A stretch of DNA of 64,000 bases from Emiliania huxleyi CCMP1516 (GCF_000372725.1 NW_005201113.1:62001-126000), one strand, 5' to 3'; shown: positions 1-11,049, numbered from the stretch's first letter. A program made the numbers and translations. Notes: generated by a model from the letters alone, not told the origin.

Positions 1-220
1 TCCCCCTCCCAATCCTCCCCGGGCTCTGGCTCCTCCTCCTTCGCCCGCGCCCTCGCCCCCCGCCGGCGGCGATTCCGTGCGGCCGTCGCCCCCGCCCCCT
101 CCCCGCCCCCATCACGGCCGGAGCCGTACCACCCAGCGCGCACGAGGAACGAGGACTGAGCCTCAACCTCGTCCAACCTCACCGCCCTCACGGCGGCGTC
201 GCACGCCTCAGCCCGCGAAG

Positions 221-276
221 CGCCAGCAGTATGCGCCGCGGCGTACGCCGCGTCGCCGCGGCGCATACTGCTGGCG
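221..276. repeat. Perfect 23 bp inverted repeat (hairpin, 10 nt loop)
   Basis: cgccagcagtatgcgccgcggcg (221-243) is the exact reverse complement of 254-276. Confidence 0.9.
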
Positions 277-487
277 GCCAGAAAGAAGAAAAACGTCCGA
301 GGAAGTACCCGTGTGGACCGGAGGTAACAGCAGCAGCAGCACCAGCAGCAGCAGGGCGCGCGGGGGGGAGGGGGGGCGGCGGGTGTGATGGACCCGAGAG
401 CGATTCGCCTTGGCGTTTGTTCTCCCCGAGAGGCAAGAGAAAACCGAGTCATATCTCCCCGAGATCGCAGCCGCGTGATGAGGCAAC

Positions 488-960
488 TTGAAATTTTGCC
501 GGCAAGGTTAGCTCCCCGGCAAGGTTCAAAATTTTAGCTCCCCGGCAAGGTTAGCTCCGGCCATGTGAGGCTTGGGCTGAACACAGTTTTCCGGAAAACA
601 AAAAGGAAAACAGAGGGTCCCCAGCACTTTGCGTTTCCGGAAATTTCCAGGGAAAACAGAGGGTGTTTGGTGCTCCATTCTGGAAACGTTTCCCTGAGTC
701 TGAGAGCTGGTCTGGGGCAAAATCTGAGGCAAAATTGAAGAAATCGACAAAATACCCAGGCGGTCGCAGGGTAATTTCCAGGTATACACGGGTTCTCCGC
801 GAAATTCCCGGCATTTTGCCGCTTTGGCCTAAAATTTGGCTGATTTTGGGCCCAAACAGAGCCAAAAATTTGACGATTTCCACGCAGTTTTCCCGGGAAA
901 ATAGAGAGGAAAAGAGAGGGTGTTGTAAAAAAGGAAAGGAAAACAGACGGGGTGCGAGAG
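488..960. repeat. AT-richer non-coding block with ccggcaaggtt(agctcc) tandem units and many ttttcc/ggaaaa motifs; probable transposon-derived end
   Basis: Three ccggcaaggtt copies at about 499-560, with a composition shift relative to the flanks. Confidence 0.4.
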
Positions 961-1132
961 GCAAACTGTGTTCAGCCCAATGTATGAGGCTACCGACTGC
1001 ACTCCAAGCACACCACAACACACATTCAATCACTCGCGAGAGAGGAGCACCCACCGTGGGAATTCGGGCCGAGCCGCTTCAGTGACTGTCGTTTGGTAAC
1101 CACCATCTCTCCTCGCCCTGCAGGGGCTGCCC

Positions 1133-2401
1133 TCAGTACTCGACCCTTGCCCCGGCGTAGTCGAAGAAGGCGCCCGAGTCGGAGGGAGAGAGCCCGTCGA
1201 GGACGTCGAGCATCGAAGCGGTGCTGTACTCCACCGTGAAGAGCTTCTCGGGTCTCACGTTCTTCTGGAAGGGCACACTCAGTCCCGTGTCCTACACGCG
1301 CGCGGGGGGGAGGCGGGGGCGATGAGGTGGTTCAGGGCGGAGCCTCGCAGCCCAGCAGCGAGATGTGTCCGTGCCCACGCCTCAAAGAGCGACCGTGGGC
1401 GGGATGACTGGCGGCGCTCTCTCAGCTCGTGCCGTCGCCACTACTGGCTACTCCGGGCGCACCGCGGTGCCGGGGTGCAGCGAGACCGCGTAGACGTCGC
1501 GTCGCCGCAGCTCGATAGCCATGTTGACAGTCGCCATGTTCAGCGCCGCCTGGTCGCGCTTCTCTTCTCTTCAGTGATGGCATTCCTTCTCTGGCGACGG
1601 GACAGCTGCTCAGCGCCGCCTATTCGCCGAGGTGATGCGCCACGATTCGCCGAGGCTCCGAGCCCCAGGATGACCCATGTCCCGGTGCCGCCTTTGACAT
1701 TCGGTACGACCACCAGCCGCCCAGCCTACGGTGCAGTGTTCCGAGAAGGCTCTTCTGACGAAGACAAGACGGTACGGCCCCAGAATTTAAATGCCGGTTG
1801 TCTCCGATCGAGCCGACGCGCGCAGACAGGTTGGCGACGATCGCGCCTACACGACGCGCGTGCCGTACGGCTCCGGAAAGCGTCCGGAAAGCCGCGCGCA
1901 GCACGGGCTGGCGCCGCCCTTTGCGAGCAGCGGCGCGATCGCCTGCGCCATGAGCACCGGCCCGAGTGCGTTGGTCGCAAAGACGCTCTGCATCGCCGTG
2001 GCGTCGATCGAACCCAGCGACCGCTCCGGCATATACTCCGACGGCAGCGTCTCGGCGGCGGCCGACGACTGGCCTCCGTGCAGCTTGCCCGCCACGTTGA
2101 GCAGCAGGTCGACCTTGGCGCCTCCGAGGTCGGCCTTGAGCTGCTCGGTGAGGGCGCGCGTCGACGCCTGCTCGGTCACGTCGCACGCCACCGGCAGGAT
2201 CCGGCCGGGGTACTCTGACATTAGCCTCTCCAGCCCATCGGACGTGCCGGAGCGGCTCGCGGCGACGATGGTGCTCTGCGGCGCTCGGCGAAGCAACTGG
2301 CTGGCGAACCCAAGGCCGAGGCCGCGCGATGCACCCGAGACGACGACGAGCTTCATCGCAGACAACCTGGTGGGCAGGACACTGGCCGAAGAGACGACCA
2401 T
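1133..2401 (-). CDS. Short-chain dehydrogenase/reductase, CsgA/C-factor-like, multi-exon
   Basis: VVSGASRGLG (TGxxxGxG variant), LLNVAG, TNALGP, NLSARVGSIGDN, GGWWSYRMSKAALNM (YxxxK), SLHPGT and the C-terminus SGAFFDYAGARVEY* can be joined across GC-AG introns. Stop TGA at 1133-1135. Confidence 0.9.
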
Positions 2402-3291
2402 TGCTCGCTCTGTTCGGCCAAAGCCATGAAAGTGCTCTATCAAAAAGAATTTAAACAAAAGAACTCTCAAAAAGAATTTTACCACGAAAGGCGGTCGCAC
2501 AAAAAGAATCTTACCACGAAACTCCCTCGCACATTTGCACACATGCACAGACACACAGCCCCTTCCCCTCCCCCCTCAAGGGCGAGGACACGCACAGGCC
2601 GCACCTCTAGTGAGGCCCGCATAGTATGTGGGAGACTCGTGCCGCCGCCCCTGCCACCCCTGTGTCAGTGTGCCTGTGGTAGGAGAGACTGCCAGCGACA
2701 AGCTGGAGGCAGGTCGCTAGACTGAGATGAGACCGCCAGTGGAGTTGGGAGTCCACCGTGCACCGCGCTGCGAGCCTGTCGTGTCCCTTGTCAGGAGCAG
2801 GAGAGCCCCACCTGTCCCCCTGATCGTTCTTCCAAAATCCTGCTCGTGCAGGTGGGGAACCTGTCCTCGTCCCATCCCTCGTTTGGCGTGTCTGTTTTCT
2901 TTCTTTCTTTCTTTTGCCCAGTGTTGTGCAAAAAGAACCACCCCCCCCCCCCTCCCCTGCGCCCATTCCCTGCCCTCTCCCGCCACACACTCCGTCAGAG
3001 CCCCCTCCCCTCTTGCACAACAGGAATTCTGACAATTAACCAGCTACTCGATTCAAATCAATGGGCTCGCCCATACCGGAGTGGTTCGACTCCACGCAAA
3101 CCCGGAGTGGTGAGGGGCTGGTCGTGCGGTGTTCTCAGGCCCAGTGAGGTAGTGCATCCGACGGTCCGGATCCTGCTGAACAAGCTCCTCTTGTAGCTCG
3201 ATCGGTCACACCGCCATCGCCGTTGGGGAGAGGGGGGACGACACTGCTTCGGCAGCGTGCACCTCGATCCTGTACCGTGTTTGTTATGACC

Positions 3292-4167
3292 CGTGCAAGC
3301 CCCGCAGAGGTGCGGGCGAGAGGGCGGCCCGAGCCCGAAAGGGCCCGCCCTCGACCTTGCTCTACATGGTAACGGATAAGAAGAGAAACACCCCCGGACC
3401 GGGACGCCGGCGGTCGAGTCGGGACACGCTGTGGTTCAGACGTCCCCCCCCTCGACGCAGTCGAGTGACTGACATGAATAGGGAGGAGAAAGTGTCCCCC
3501 ACATATCACCACAGACGCAGCACAGGGGCTCCAATCCTGTCCGCCGGGGCCTCGGCTAGATCTCCAGTGGGGAGTGCGAGGGCTGGATCGACTGCAGCGA
3601 GAGTGTGGGTTGTGGACCGTCGGGATAGCGTGTGGCGTAGATGTTCTCCTGGAAGTAGAGAGGCTGATGTCTCTCGCCCTGCAGGAAGGAGAAACTCGGA
3701 CGGGAGAGTGAAAACTCCTCCCTGCGGCATGTGCGCAGAACGGGTTGCGCAATGTGCGGCATCCGTGTTGAGGGCTCGGGAGGGCAACGACGGCAGCGTT
3801 GCCGAGCTTGTACAGGGGCCTCAATCCTGTCCCCGATGGGGTGCGCCTCTCGCCGCGCGCGTAGCAGTCGGCGCGCGGGTAGCCTCAGAGATGCGCAGAG
3901 CGAGATGCGGTTATCAGCAAACCAAGCCCTGTGCTTGGATGGGCGCGGCGAAGCCGCGGCGCAGTGGATAGCGTGAAGAACTCGAGATCGCTGGGATCTT
4001 GAGCCGCCGCTGCCACGTGCAAGCCCCGCAGAGGTGCGGGCGAGAGGGCGGCCCGAGCCCGAAAGGGCCCGCCCTCGGCCTTGCTCTACATGGTAACGGA
4101 TAAGAAGAGAAACACCCCCGGACCGGGACGCCGGCGGTCGAGTCGGGACACGCTGTGGTTCAGACGT
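3292..4167. mobile_element. Non-autonomous element bounded by 152 bp near-identical direct repeats (TRIM-like or DIRS/Ngaro-derived)
   Basis: 3292-3443 and 4016-4167 differ at one position that I could see. There is no recognisable ORF between them and no TSD found. Confidence 0.55.
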
Positions 4168-4212
4168 GACCCCCCCCAATGAACATACCAGTGAGGGAGG
4201 GCGAGACGATCG

Positions 4213-4243
4213 AGGGGTCCCGTACCATGCGGAATCGACCCTA
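4213..4243. repeat. 31 bp hairpin-forming direct repeat, copy 1
   Basis: aggggtcccgtaccatgcggaatcgacccta, identical to 7986-8016. Confidence 0.9.
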
Positions 4244-5104
4244 TCCAGTGCTCAAGTGCTCAAGTGTAAAGACCCCAAATCGGGTCGGAAGTCTGACTTC
4301 GGACCCGATTAGCTGCCGCCTCGCCGCGCGCCGCTGCTGCCCTCGCCAGCAGCCGCCGCGGGCGCAGACATCGATTTCAACTCACGCGACGCGCTCGGCC
4401 GCCGCTGGCGGCTGCCGCAAGAGCGGCTGGCTCACGACAGCGTCTCGCCGGTTGCCGGATAGGAGAGTACAGAACGTCTGGAGTGTAACTGTGTACGTGA
4501 GATCGGTCTTGATAACAAGCACGGTCGATCCGACAAAGCGATACACTTATTCCTATCTCGCTGGAGGGCTGGCACGGAGCTCTGTGCCGGCACACAGCAA
4601 GAGCCGTGCGGCAAGAAGAGCTCGATGGGGAGCGAGAACCGTCAGAGGTGCTCACCCAGGTCCACCCTGATGCGGTCAGTTCCCCCCAGGTTTGACCGCT
4701 GCTGCTGACCCGTCGCCCCCTACGGCTCGTCATCCTGAGATGCTTGGAGGGAGGGATCCGCCGTCGGCTCCGCCGTCGAGCTGAGGTGGGCTGATGCCGC
4801 CGCCGCAAGGCGGCACGCGGACGCTCCGCCGCCTCGTCGTCGCGCTGCCTCGGCCGCGGCGCCTCGCGAGACACGGGGAGTTGGCTACGGTCGCGCACTA
4901 GAGCGGGCGTCCATTAGTCCAAAAAGAAAGAAAGAAAACGGACAACCCAAGGGAGGGATGGGAGGACGGCACGCCGCCACCACACAGGGATTTTAAGGAG
5001 AGGGGTGAGCCCACGAAGGCACCAAGCCCTTCTCTGTTTTTTTTTGCAAAAAACGGCGGTTTTGGCCCCAGAGTCATCCGACGGGGGAACATCTAGACTG
5101 GCCA

Positions 5105-5869
5105 TGCTCAAGGCTGCCTCGCTTCTGTTCGTCGCTCTGTCGGCGTCTGCCCTGCCGGTGCGTCGCTCCGCCCAGCCGCAGTTACTCACATGCAGGCTGA
5201 GCCTACACGCATCACACGAGTGCGCAGGCCAACACCGTCAACGACATCAACCCAACCGCTCGCAACACCACCTTTGCGCCCAAGCCCAACCCTCCCGTGC
5301 CCGACCCGGTGAATGATCCCGCCTGGCTGATCGCCACCTCCGGCTTCTGCTCGAACCTCAACGTCGTGATGAAGGAGCGCGACGTCGAGGCGAGCGAGAC
5401 GGAGGGCGATACCGCGGCCCACTTCATCGCCGGCATCGAGTTCAACTACTACCCGCAGACGGCGGTCAAATTCACCGATTTCCCTCACCACCTCGCGAAG
5501 ACCATCGAGGGCGACGCGGCAGAGGCGGACGCGCTGGTCTCAAGCGCGTGGGATCACAAGAACATCGCGCTGCTCGAGCCCACGTCCTCGTGCGGCGCTG
5601 ACAAAGACCAGGCTTGGGGCATCTCGGTCTTCAAGGTGGAGGAGCACCGCCCTTGCGCGGACGGCGAGACTGCGTGGGAGGGCCACCCCTGCGTCCACTA
5701 CTCCGGCTACGTGTCGGCGGCTACGTCCAACTTTGTCAAGGTGAATGAGGGGCGATTCGTCTGCCAGCTGTTCGTCGACTCTAACGCTTGGTGCGAAGAC
5801 GCCCTCAGCCTCGCCAATAGATTTAAGAGAGAGGGAGTATACTGGGGAGTGTGGAGTTCCCATTGTTAG
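5105..5869 (+). CDS. Hypothetical secreted Cys-containing protein (one 5' intron; 3' end disturbed by an insertion)
   Basis: Signal peptide MLKAASLLFVALSASALP, a probable intron near 5158-5227, then a GC3-rich frame continuing into ORF 5297..5869. Confidence 0.6.
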
Positions 5870-6280
5870 GTAAGATGGCTGTGTAGGAGAGCTTAGCACG
5901 GTTCGTCTGCCAGCTGTTTGTCGACTCAGATGAGAACTGTGCCGCGGAGTTGCAATGCCTCGCCGTACCCGTCGCGCTGCCCCACACGGGGCTGTGCTGC
6001 CAGGCGGAAGCAGTCGCCATCACTGCACTTGCGGGCCTGTCGTCGTGGACGCGTCCGCAAGTCGGAAAAAACTTGCGGGTGCGGTATGTCTCGGGGTCCG
6101 AGAGAGCGATGTGCTTGTGTCCGCCTTGTGTTTGTTTTTTCCTACCATCGATGGCTAGCTCAAAAAAACTTACTCGCCGGAAAAACGAATACTTTTGTCC
6201 ACAATGTGGAGGGGCCCGCCGCAAACTGCCAAACTTGTCACCACCGGGTCGGCCCGGCCGTGCTCACGCCCTCCCCTCTC

Positions 6281-7891
6281 ATGACACCTTGCACACTATT
6301 CATACCCTTTGCGGCGCTCCTTCGTCCGCCGACGCAACGCTGGTCGCCGGCCTTGTCTGCAGCGATCTCCGCCTCGAGAGGCGCCGAGCAGCTCTCAGCC
6401 ATGCAGCTGACCGCCGAGAGTGAGAAGAAGCGGAAGCAAAAGGGCGAGAGCCAGGTGGAGAGGCGGCAATACAACAGCGTGCTCGGGGAGCTGGAGTCGT
6501 CCAAGCTGTATGGTCAGACGCCCAAGATGTTTGAGCTCGACCAGCTCGCAAACATGCTGCGGAAGGGACGGCTCAACCTGTTCCCAAAGTACCAACGCGA
6601 CTATGTGTGGAAGCCGGAGCGGGCCAGCCGGCTCGTGGTGACCGTGCTGTGCAACCGCATCGTGCCGGGCGTGGTGCTGCACGAGAAGGAGAAGGGGGTT
6701 TACGATGTGGTCGACGGCAAGCAGCGGCTCACCTCGCTACTCTGCTTCTACATGGCAAGCGAGGACCGTAGCTTCCTCGCGACGCTCATGCGGCAGCCGC
6801 CCGTCTTCGAGAGGCTCTCGAAGCTCGATGAGAATTACGAGGACCTCAACGGCCTCTCGTACTCTCACCTCTCGCGCGAGCGTCAGTTTGCGCTGCAGTC
6901 CTTCACCGTTTCCTGCACCATCATCCCGCACGACACGCCGCGCCAGGAGGTGTTTGCAGCCTATGAGGACATCAACTCGGGGGGCGAGGACCTCAAGGCG
7001 CAGCAGCTTCGTCGCGCCGCCTACTTTGGTGCCTACATCGAGCTGCTTGACAAGCTGGCCACGAACCTCGATTTCCAGTATGTGCGGGACCCGCGAGCGG
7101 CGCGCGCTGGCACGTACACCCTCGACCCAAAGGAGTCGGACCGTGAGATGATCCTGCGCGCCTTCGCCTTCAACCGTGGCTGGCAAGGCTACATTCGGCC
7201 TGTGAAGACCTTCCTCAACCTCGAGCTCGAGAGCTTTGAGGAGCTCGACGAGGCGCGCAAGCCGGTGACCCTCCGTGAGCTGGAGGAGGAGTTCTGTTGG
7301 GTCCTCAAGACGGCGCGGCAAGTCTGGGGTCCGGAGGACGCGTTTGCCCGCAAGTGGGAGCCCTCCCGTTCTTGCGACGAATGGGTCTGGTCCAACTCGG
7401 TCAGCCTTCAGCTGTGGGACGTCATGTACTCTGTACTCGCGGAGCTGAGGCTCGAGAACTTCTCGACGCTCTCCTTCACGCAGAGTGCGGGCGGCATCGT
7501 CAATGCCTTCAAGCGCCTGTTTGAGCGCGACCTGCTCGATATGGGCGGGCAGGTGACTGTTGCCAAGTTCGCTGCGCGGCGCGACCTCGTCAAGGCGACA
7601 CTGAAATCGCAGCTGCCGCAGCCACTCTCGAGCAGCCGCAGCTTCGCCAACCCCGAGGCGCTGCGCCTCCGCTGCTTCTCGGCCCAGCTCGGCGCGTGCG
7701 CCATCTGCGGTCAGCCGCTGGACCCTTCGCGGCTGCACGACGGCACGTACGCGCACCTCGATCATCGGGTGGCATGGGCGAGGGGTGGGCGCACAACGGC
7801 GGAGAACGCGCAGCTGGTGCACGCCGGCTGCAATCTGAGCAAGGGCGCGGGGGGGGGCTCAGGCTCAGCGTGCCCGCGTGGCGAGGGTTGA
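6281..7891 (+). CDS. DUF262 (ParB/Srx-like, GmrSD N-terminal) + HNH endonuclease protein, intronless
   Basis: DUF262 motifs PKYQRDYVW, VVDGKQRLTSL and YEDINSGGEDL. C-terminal HNH: CAICGQPL...LDHRVAWARGGRTTAENAQLVHAGCNLSKG. ATG at 6281 or 6401. Confidence 0.9.
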   Translation: MTPCTLFIPFAALLRPPTQRWSPALSAAISASRGAEQLSAMQLTAESEKKRKQKGESQVERRQYNSVLGELESSKLYGQTPKMFELDQLANMLRKGRLNLFPKYQRDYVWKPERASRLVVTVLCNRIVPGVVLHEKEKGVYDVVDGKQRLTSLLCFYMASEDRSFLATLMRQPPVFERLSKLDENYEDLNGLSYSHLSRERQFALQSFTVSCTIIPHDTPRQEVFAAYEDINSGGEDLKAQQLRRAAYFGAYIELLDKLATNLDFQYVRDPRAARAGTYTLDPKESDREMILRAFAFNRGWQGYIRPVKTFLNLELESFEELDEARKPVTLRELEEEFCWVLKTARQVWGPEDAFARKWEPSRSCDEWVWSNSVSLQLWDVMYSVLAELRLENFSTLSFTQSAGGIVNAFKRLFERDLLDMGGQVTVAKFAARRDLVKATLKSQLPQPLSSSRSFANPEALRLRCFSAQLGACAICGQPLDPSRLHDGTYAHLDHRVAWARGGRTTAENAQLVHAGCNLSKGAGGGSGSACPRGEG

Positions 7892-7985
7892 GAAGCGGAT
7901 CTTGCTCGAAGTAGTCAAGAGAGCTCAAAAGTTGTGAAATGTATTGTTTGATGCACGGACGAAAAGAACCACACATAAACTAAAC

Positions 7986-8016
7986 AGGGGTCCCGTACCA
8001 TGCGGAATCGACCCTA
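7986..8016. repeat. 31 bp hairpin-forming direct repeat, copy 2
   Basis: Identical to 4213-4243. Confidence 0.9.
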
Positions 8017-8335
8017 GCGCCCAGACAGGCGGGCGCCGATGCGGTGGGAGGGGAGGGAGGCTCTCCCAACGCTTTCTTCTTTTCATCGCGCGTTATCCCG
8101 TCTCAACTCTCTCGGTTGGAAGGCCGTCCAAATCTTCATTCAAATCTCGAGCGAATCTTATCTCGAGCGAACTTAAGCGGTACGTGCACACGTGCACACA
8201 GTCCTAGCTGTGAGCCGTACGTCCGTACGTGACACACCGCACACGTACACGGCACCAGAGAAGCATGCTGCATGGGATGAGGGGCGAGAGACTAACATGA
8301 TAGCTCACCACGGGACGGCCCCGAGCGCGAGCCCT

Positions 8336-9777
8336 CTACAGCAAGGCAAGAGAACAGACTCGCGCCGTCGCCATCGGAGACACCTCCCCCCATGCGTTTG
8401 TGGCCGGGTCGAATATCTCCACCGTGTTGCGGATCACGCCCTCGTCCTCCTCGTCCTCGTTCTTGCCGCCCACGGCGTACAGCTTGCCGTCGAGCACCGC
8501 CACGCCGACAGCAGCCCGCGACACCGCCATCGGCGCCATCTCCTCCCACGCATTCGCCGCCGCATCGTGCCGCTCGACCGAGCTGAGGGTGTCGTCGTCG
8601 TTCAAGCCTCCCACGGCGTACAGTTGAGCACCGCCACTGTGAGCTCGTCCCGAGCCGTTGCCATCGGCGCCACCGCCTCCCAGGCGTTCGTCGCCGGGTC
8701 GTACCGCTCCACCGAGCTGAGGGCGCCGCCGCCACACCCGCCAACAGCGTACAGCTTGCCGTCCAGCACCGCCACGGCGTGATAAAACCGCGCCTTTGCC
8801 ATCGGCGCCACCGCCTCCCACACGTTCGTCGCCGCGTCGTACCGCTCGACCGAGCTGAGCACGTTGTAGCCGTCATCCTGCCCGCCCACCGCGTACAGCT
8901 CACCGTCGAGCACCACCACGCCGAAAGCTACCCGCCGCACCGCCATCGGCGCCACCGCCTCCCACGCATTGGCAGCCGGGTCGTACCGCTCGACCGAGCT
9001 GAGGCGATTGCGGCCGTCATCCTGCCCGCCCACCGCGTACAGCTTGCCGTCGAGCACCGCCACGGCGTGATCACACCGCGCCGCCGCCATCGGCGCCACC
9101 GCCTCCCACGCATTGGCAGCCGGATCGTAACGCTCCGCCGAGATGAGGCGGCCGTCGTCGCCGCTGTACCCGCCAACAGCGTACAGCTTGCCATCGAGCA
9201 CCGCCACGGCGTGAGCCTGCCGCGCCGTCACCAGCGGCGCCACCGCCTCCCACGACTTCGTAGCCAAGTCGTACCGCTCCACCAGGTTGGAAGTCATGTC
9301 GTCAGCCTCACTCATGCCGCCCACCGCGTAGAGCTTGCCGTCAAGCACCGCCGTGCCGACATACATTCGTGCCGTTGGCATCGGCGCCACAGCCTCCTCC
9401 TCCCACTCATTTGTGGACGGGTCGTACCGCTCCAGCGAGTTGACAAACTCGCTATAGCTGTCACGGCCGCCAAACACGAGCATGCGCGGCCTCTCGCGCT
9501 TCTTCAGCGTCTCCTTCCAGCCGCGGCGCCACGCGCGGCACGTCCCCTTGACGGCGTGCTCCGTGGTCGGCAGCTGGGCGAGGATGTGCGGGGCGAGGTC
9601 CGGCGAGAGGAGGACCTCGGAGAGGACCCACTCGGGCTGCTCCACGAGCCGTGCGGCGTGCTCCTCCGCCACGCGCAGCGCGGCGGCGCTCCAGAGGGGC
9701 GCCTGCTCGTCGATGAAGGCGACGAGCTGCTCTGGCGAGAGGCCAGACAGGCGGGCGCCGATGCGGTGGGAGGCCAT
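8336..9777 (-). pseudogene. F-box-like/kelch-repeat protein with a frameshift near 8625
   Basis: F-box-like LLSPDLAPHILAQLP...TCRAWR and tandem kelch repeats (AVLDGKLYAVGG...SVERYDPAANAWEAVAPM). One repeat has lost about 7 nt of the DGKL codons, and the repeats continue in frame 8336..8821. Confidence 0.8.
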
Positions 9778-9789
9778 CGGCAAGCCAAA

Positions 9790-10075
9790 AAAATACGCCG
9801 GAGCTCGTCCCCTCCTCCGCCGGTGGTACCGTGAGGTGAAGGGTGACGGGACCCCCCCAGACGGCCCGCGCTTACAGAACAGAGCGTGCAAGTACTACAA
9901 GCTGACGAGCGACAACGATGGGGAGGCCATCCGCTGGACAAGCAACTACCAGATCATCAGCAAGGTGTACATGAAGAAGCACTCCAGCCTGCCTCTCTGC
10001 TATTCTCTCAGTGCGGCAGACAAGAAGATGGTGACGTCCACCATGACGAAGATGGTGGGACCGGAGGCAGAGTAG
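9790..10075 (+). pseudogene. Orphan 3' coding fragment of unknown protein, possibly transposon-associated
   Basis: Protein-like GC3-rich frame WYREVKG...YYKLTSD...YSLSAADKKMV...* with no start, followed by a repeat array. Confidence 0.35.
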
Positions 10076-10139
10076 AGACTAGAGTATGTGTGCAGTAGAG
10101 TCCTGCTGGTCTCCTCTTGATAATGTCATAAGTGTGGCT

Positions 10140-10446
10140 GGTGTGTGTCAGAGCCTGACAGCACCCCGACAGCACCACCTGACAGCACCTGACAGCAACA
10201 GCCCAACGTCTGACAGCAGCAGCAGCCTGACAGCTCTGACAGCTCCGACAGCGTCTGACAGCAACACCCGACAGCTCCGACAGCACCCGACAGCTACAGA
10301 GCCCCTCTGATGTCAGACACGCACCCGACAGCACCTGACAGCACTGACAGCACCCGACAGCTGGTCTGACAGAGGCACCTGACAGTGCCTGACAGCTGCC
10401 CGACAGCCCGACAGATCACCTGACAGCACCTGACAGCCTGACAGCC
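10140..10446. repeat. Degenerate tandem array of ctgacagca(c)-type units
   Basis: More than 20 copies of the (ct/cc)gacag core. Confidence 0.85.
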
Positions 10447-11049
10447 AGGGCTCAGAGAGGCAAAGCCTACGAGGGGTGGTGGAACCACATGTCACGGCCA
10501 CTGCCGGCTCGACCCCACGATAGCCTCCGGAGGCTGACTTTGCGGCACCATCATCGGACGATGTCGACGAGTTGGGTCGCTCTCGCGGTAGCCAGATGAC
10601 CGCTCATACTAGGAAGTAGGATCATCGACCATGGCCGCAGGGAGCGCGGGGGGTGGCGCTGGGAGCAACACGGAGCTCCGTTGGCGAGACGTTTTCAATA
10701 AAGCCGTATAAATAAATTAGTACAACAGTTAGATGCGATTCAGATTCGAGATACGGCTCTAGCTTCCTTTCATTGGCTAGGGGACACAGAAGCTCCCATC
10801 GTTCATAGAAGGAGGCGCCCGAGGAAACCCTCGGCTCACGGTCCACACACCTTACCCCACCCCTTTCCTACCTTAGTTAGCCGCCTCCGTGCCGCTATCT
10901 CTCTCGAGCTTTCTCTTCGCCGCCACACGATCTCGTCCTCTTTCTCCTCCTCGCTCCTCGCACGCCCTCGCTACCGCCACCGGCGTGATGCTGTGGCGGA
11001 GCCTCTGGCGCTCCCTCCCGCTCTTTGGGACCCAGGACGAGGCCGGCGC

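Noticed and set aside
3060..3100. tRNA gene suggested by the B-box-like ggttcgactcc (also ggttcgaattc near 24411)
   Set aside because: No cloverleaf or convincing A-box could be built.
5918..6280. N-terminal 121 codons of the 657 aa ORF call
   Set aside because: Starts at TTG and crosses AT-rich promoter-like sequence. ATG 6281 or 6401 is more plausible.
6737..7822. Long antisense ORFs opposite real genes (also opposite the kelch, P450 and PAN genes)
   Set aside because: Expected shadow frames of GC3-rich coding sequence.
7986..8051. CRISPR-like repeat plus a 31 bp spacer matching the kelch gene
   Set aside because: Only two repeat copies, 3.7 kb apart, with no array and no cas genes, in a eukaryotic context.
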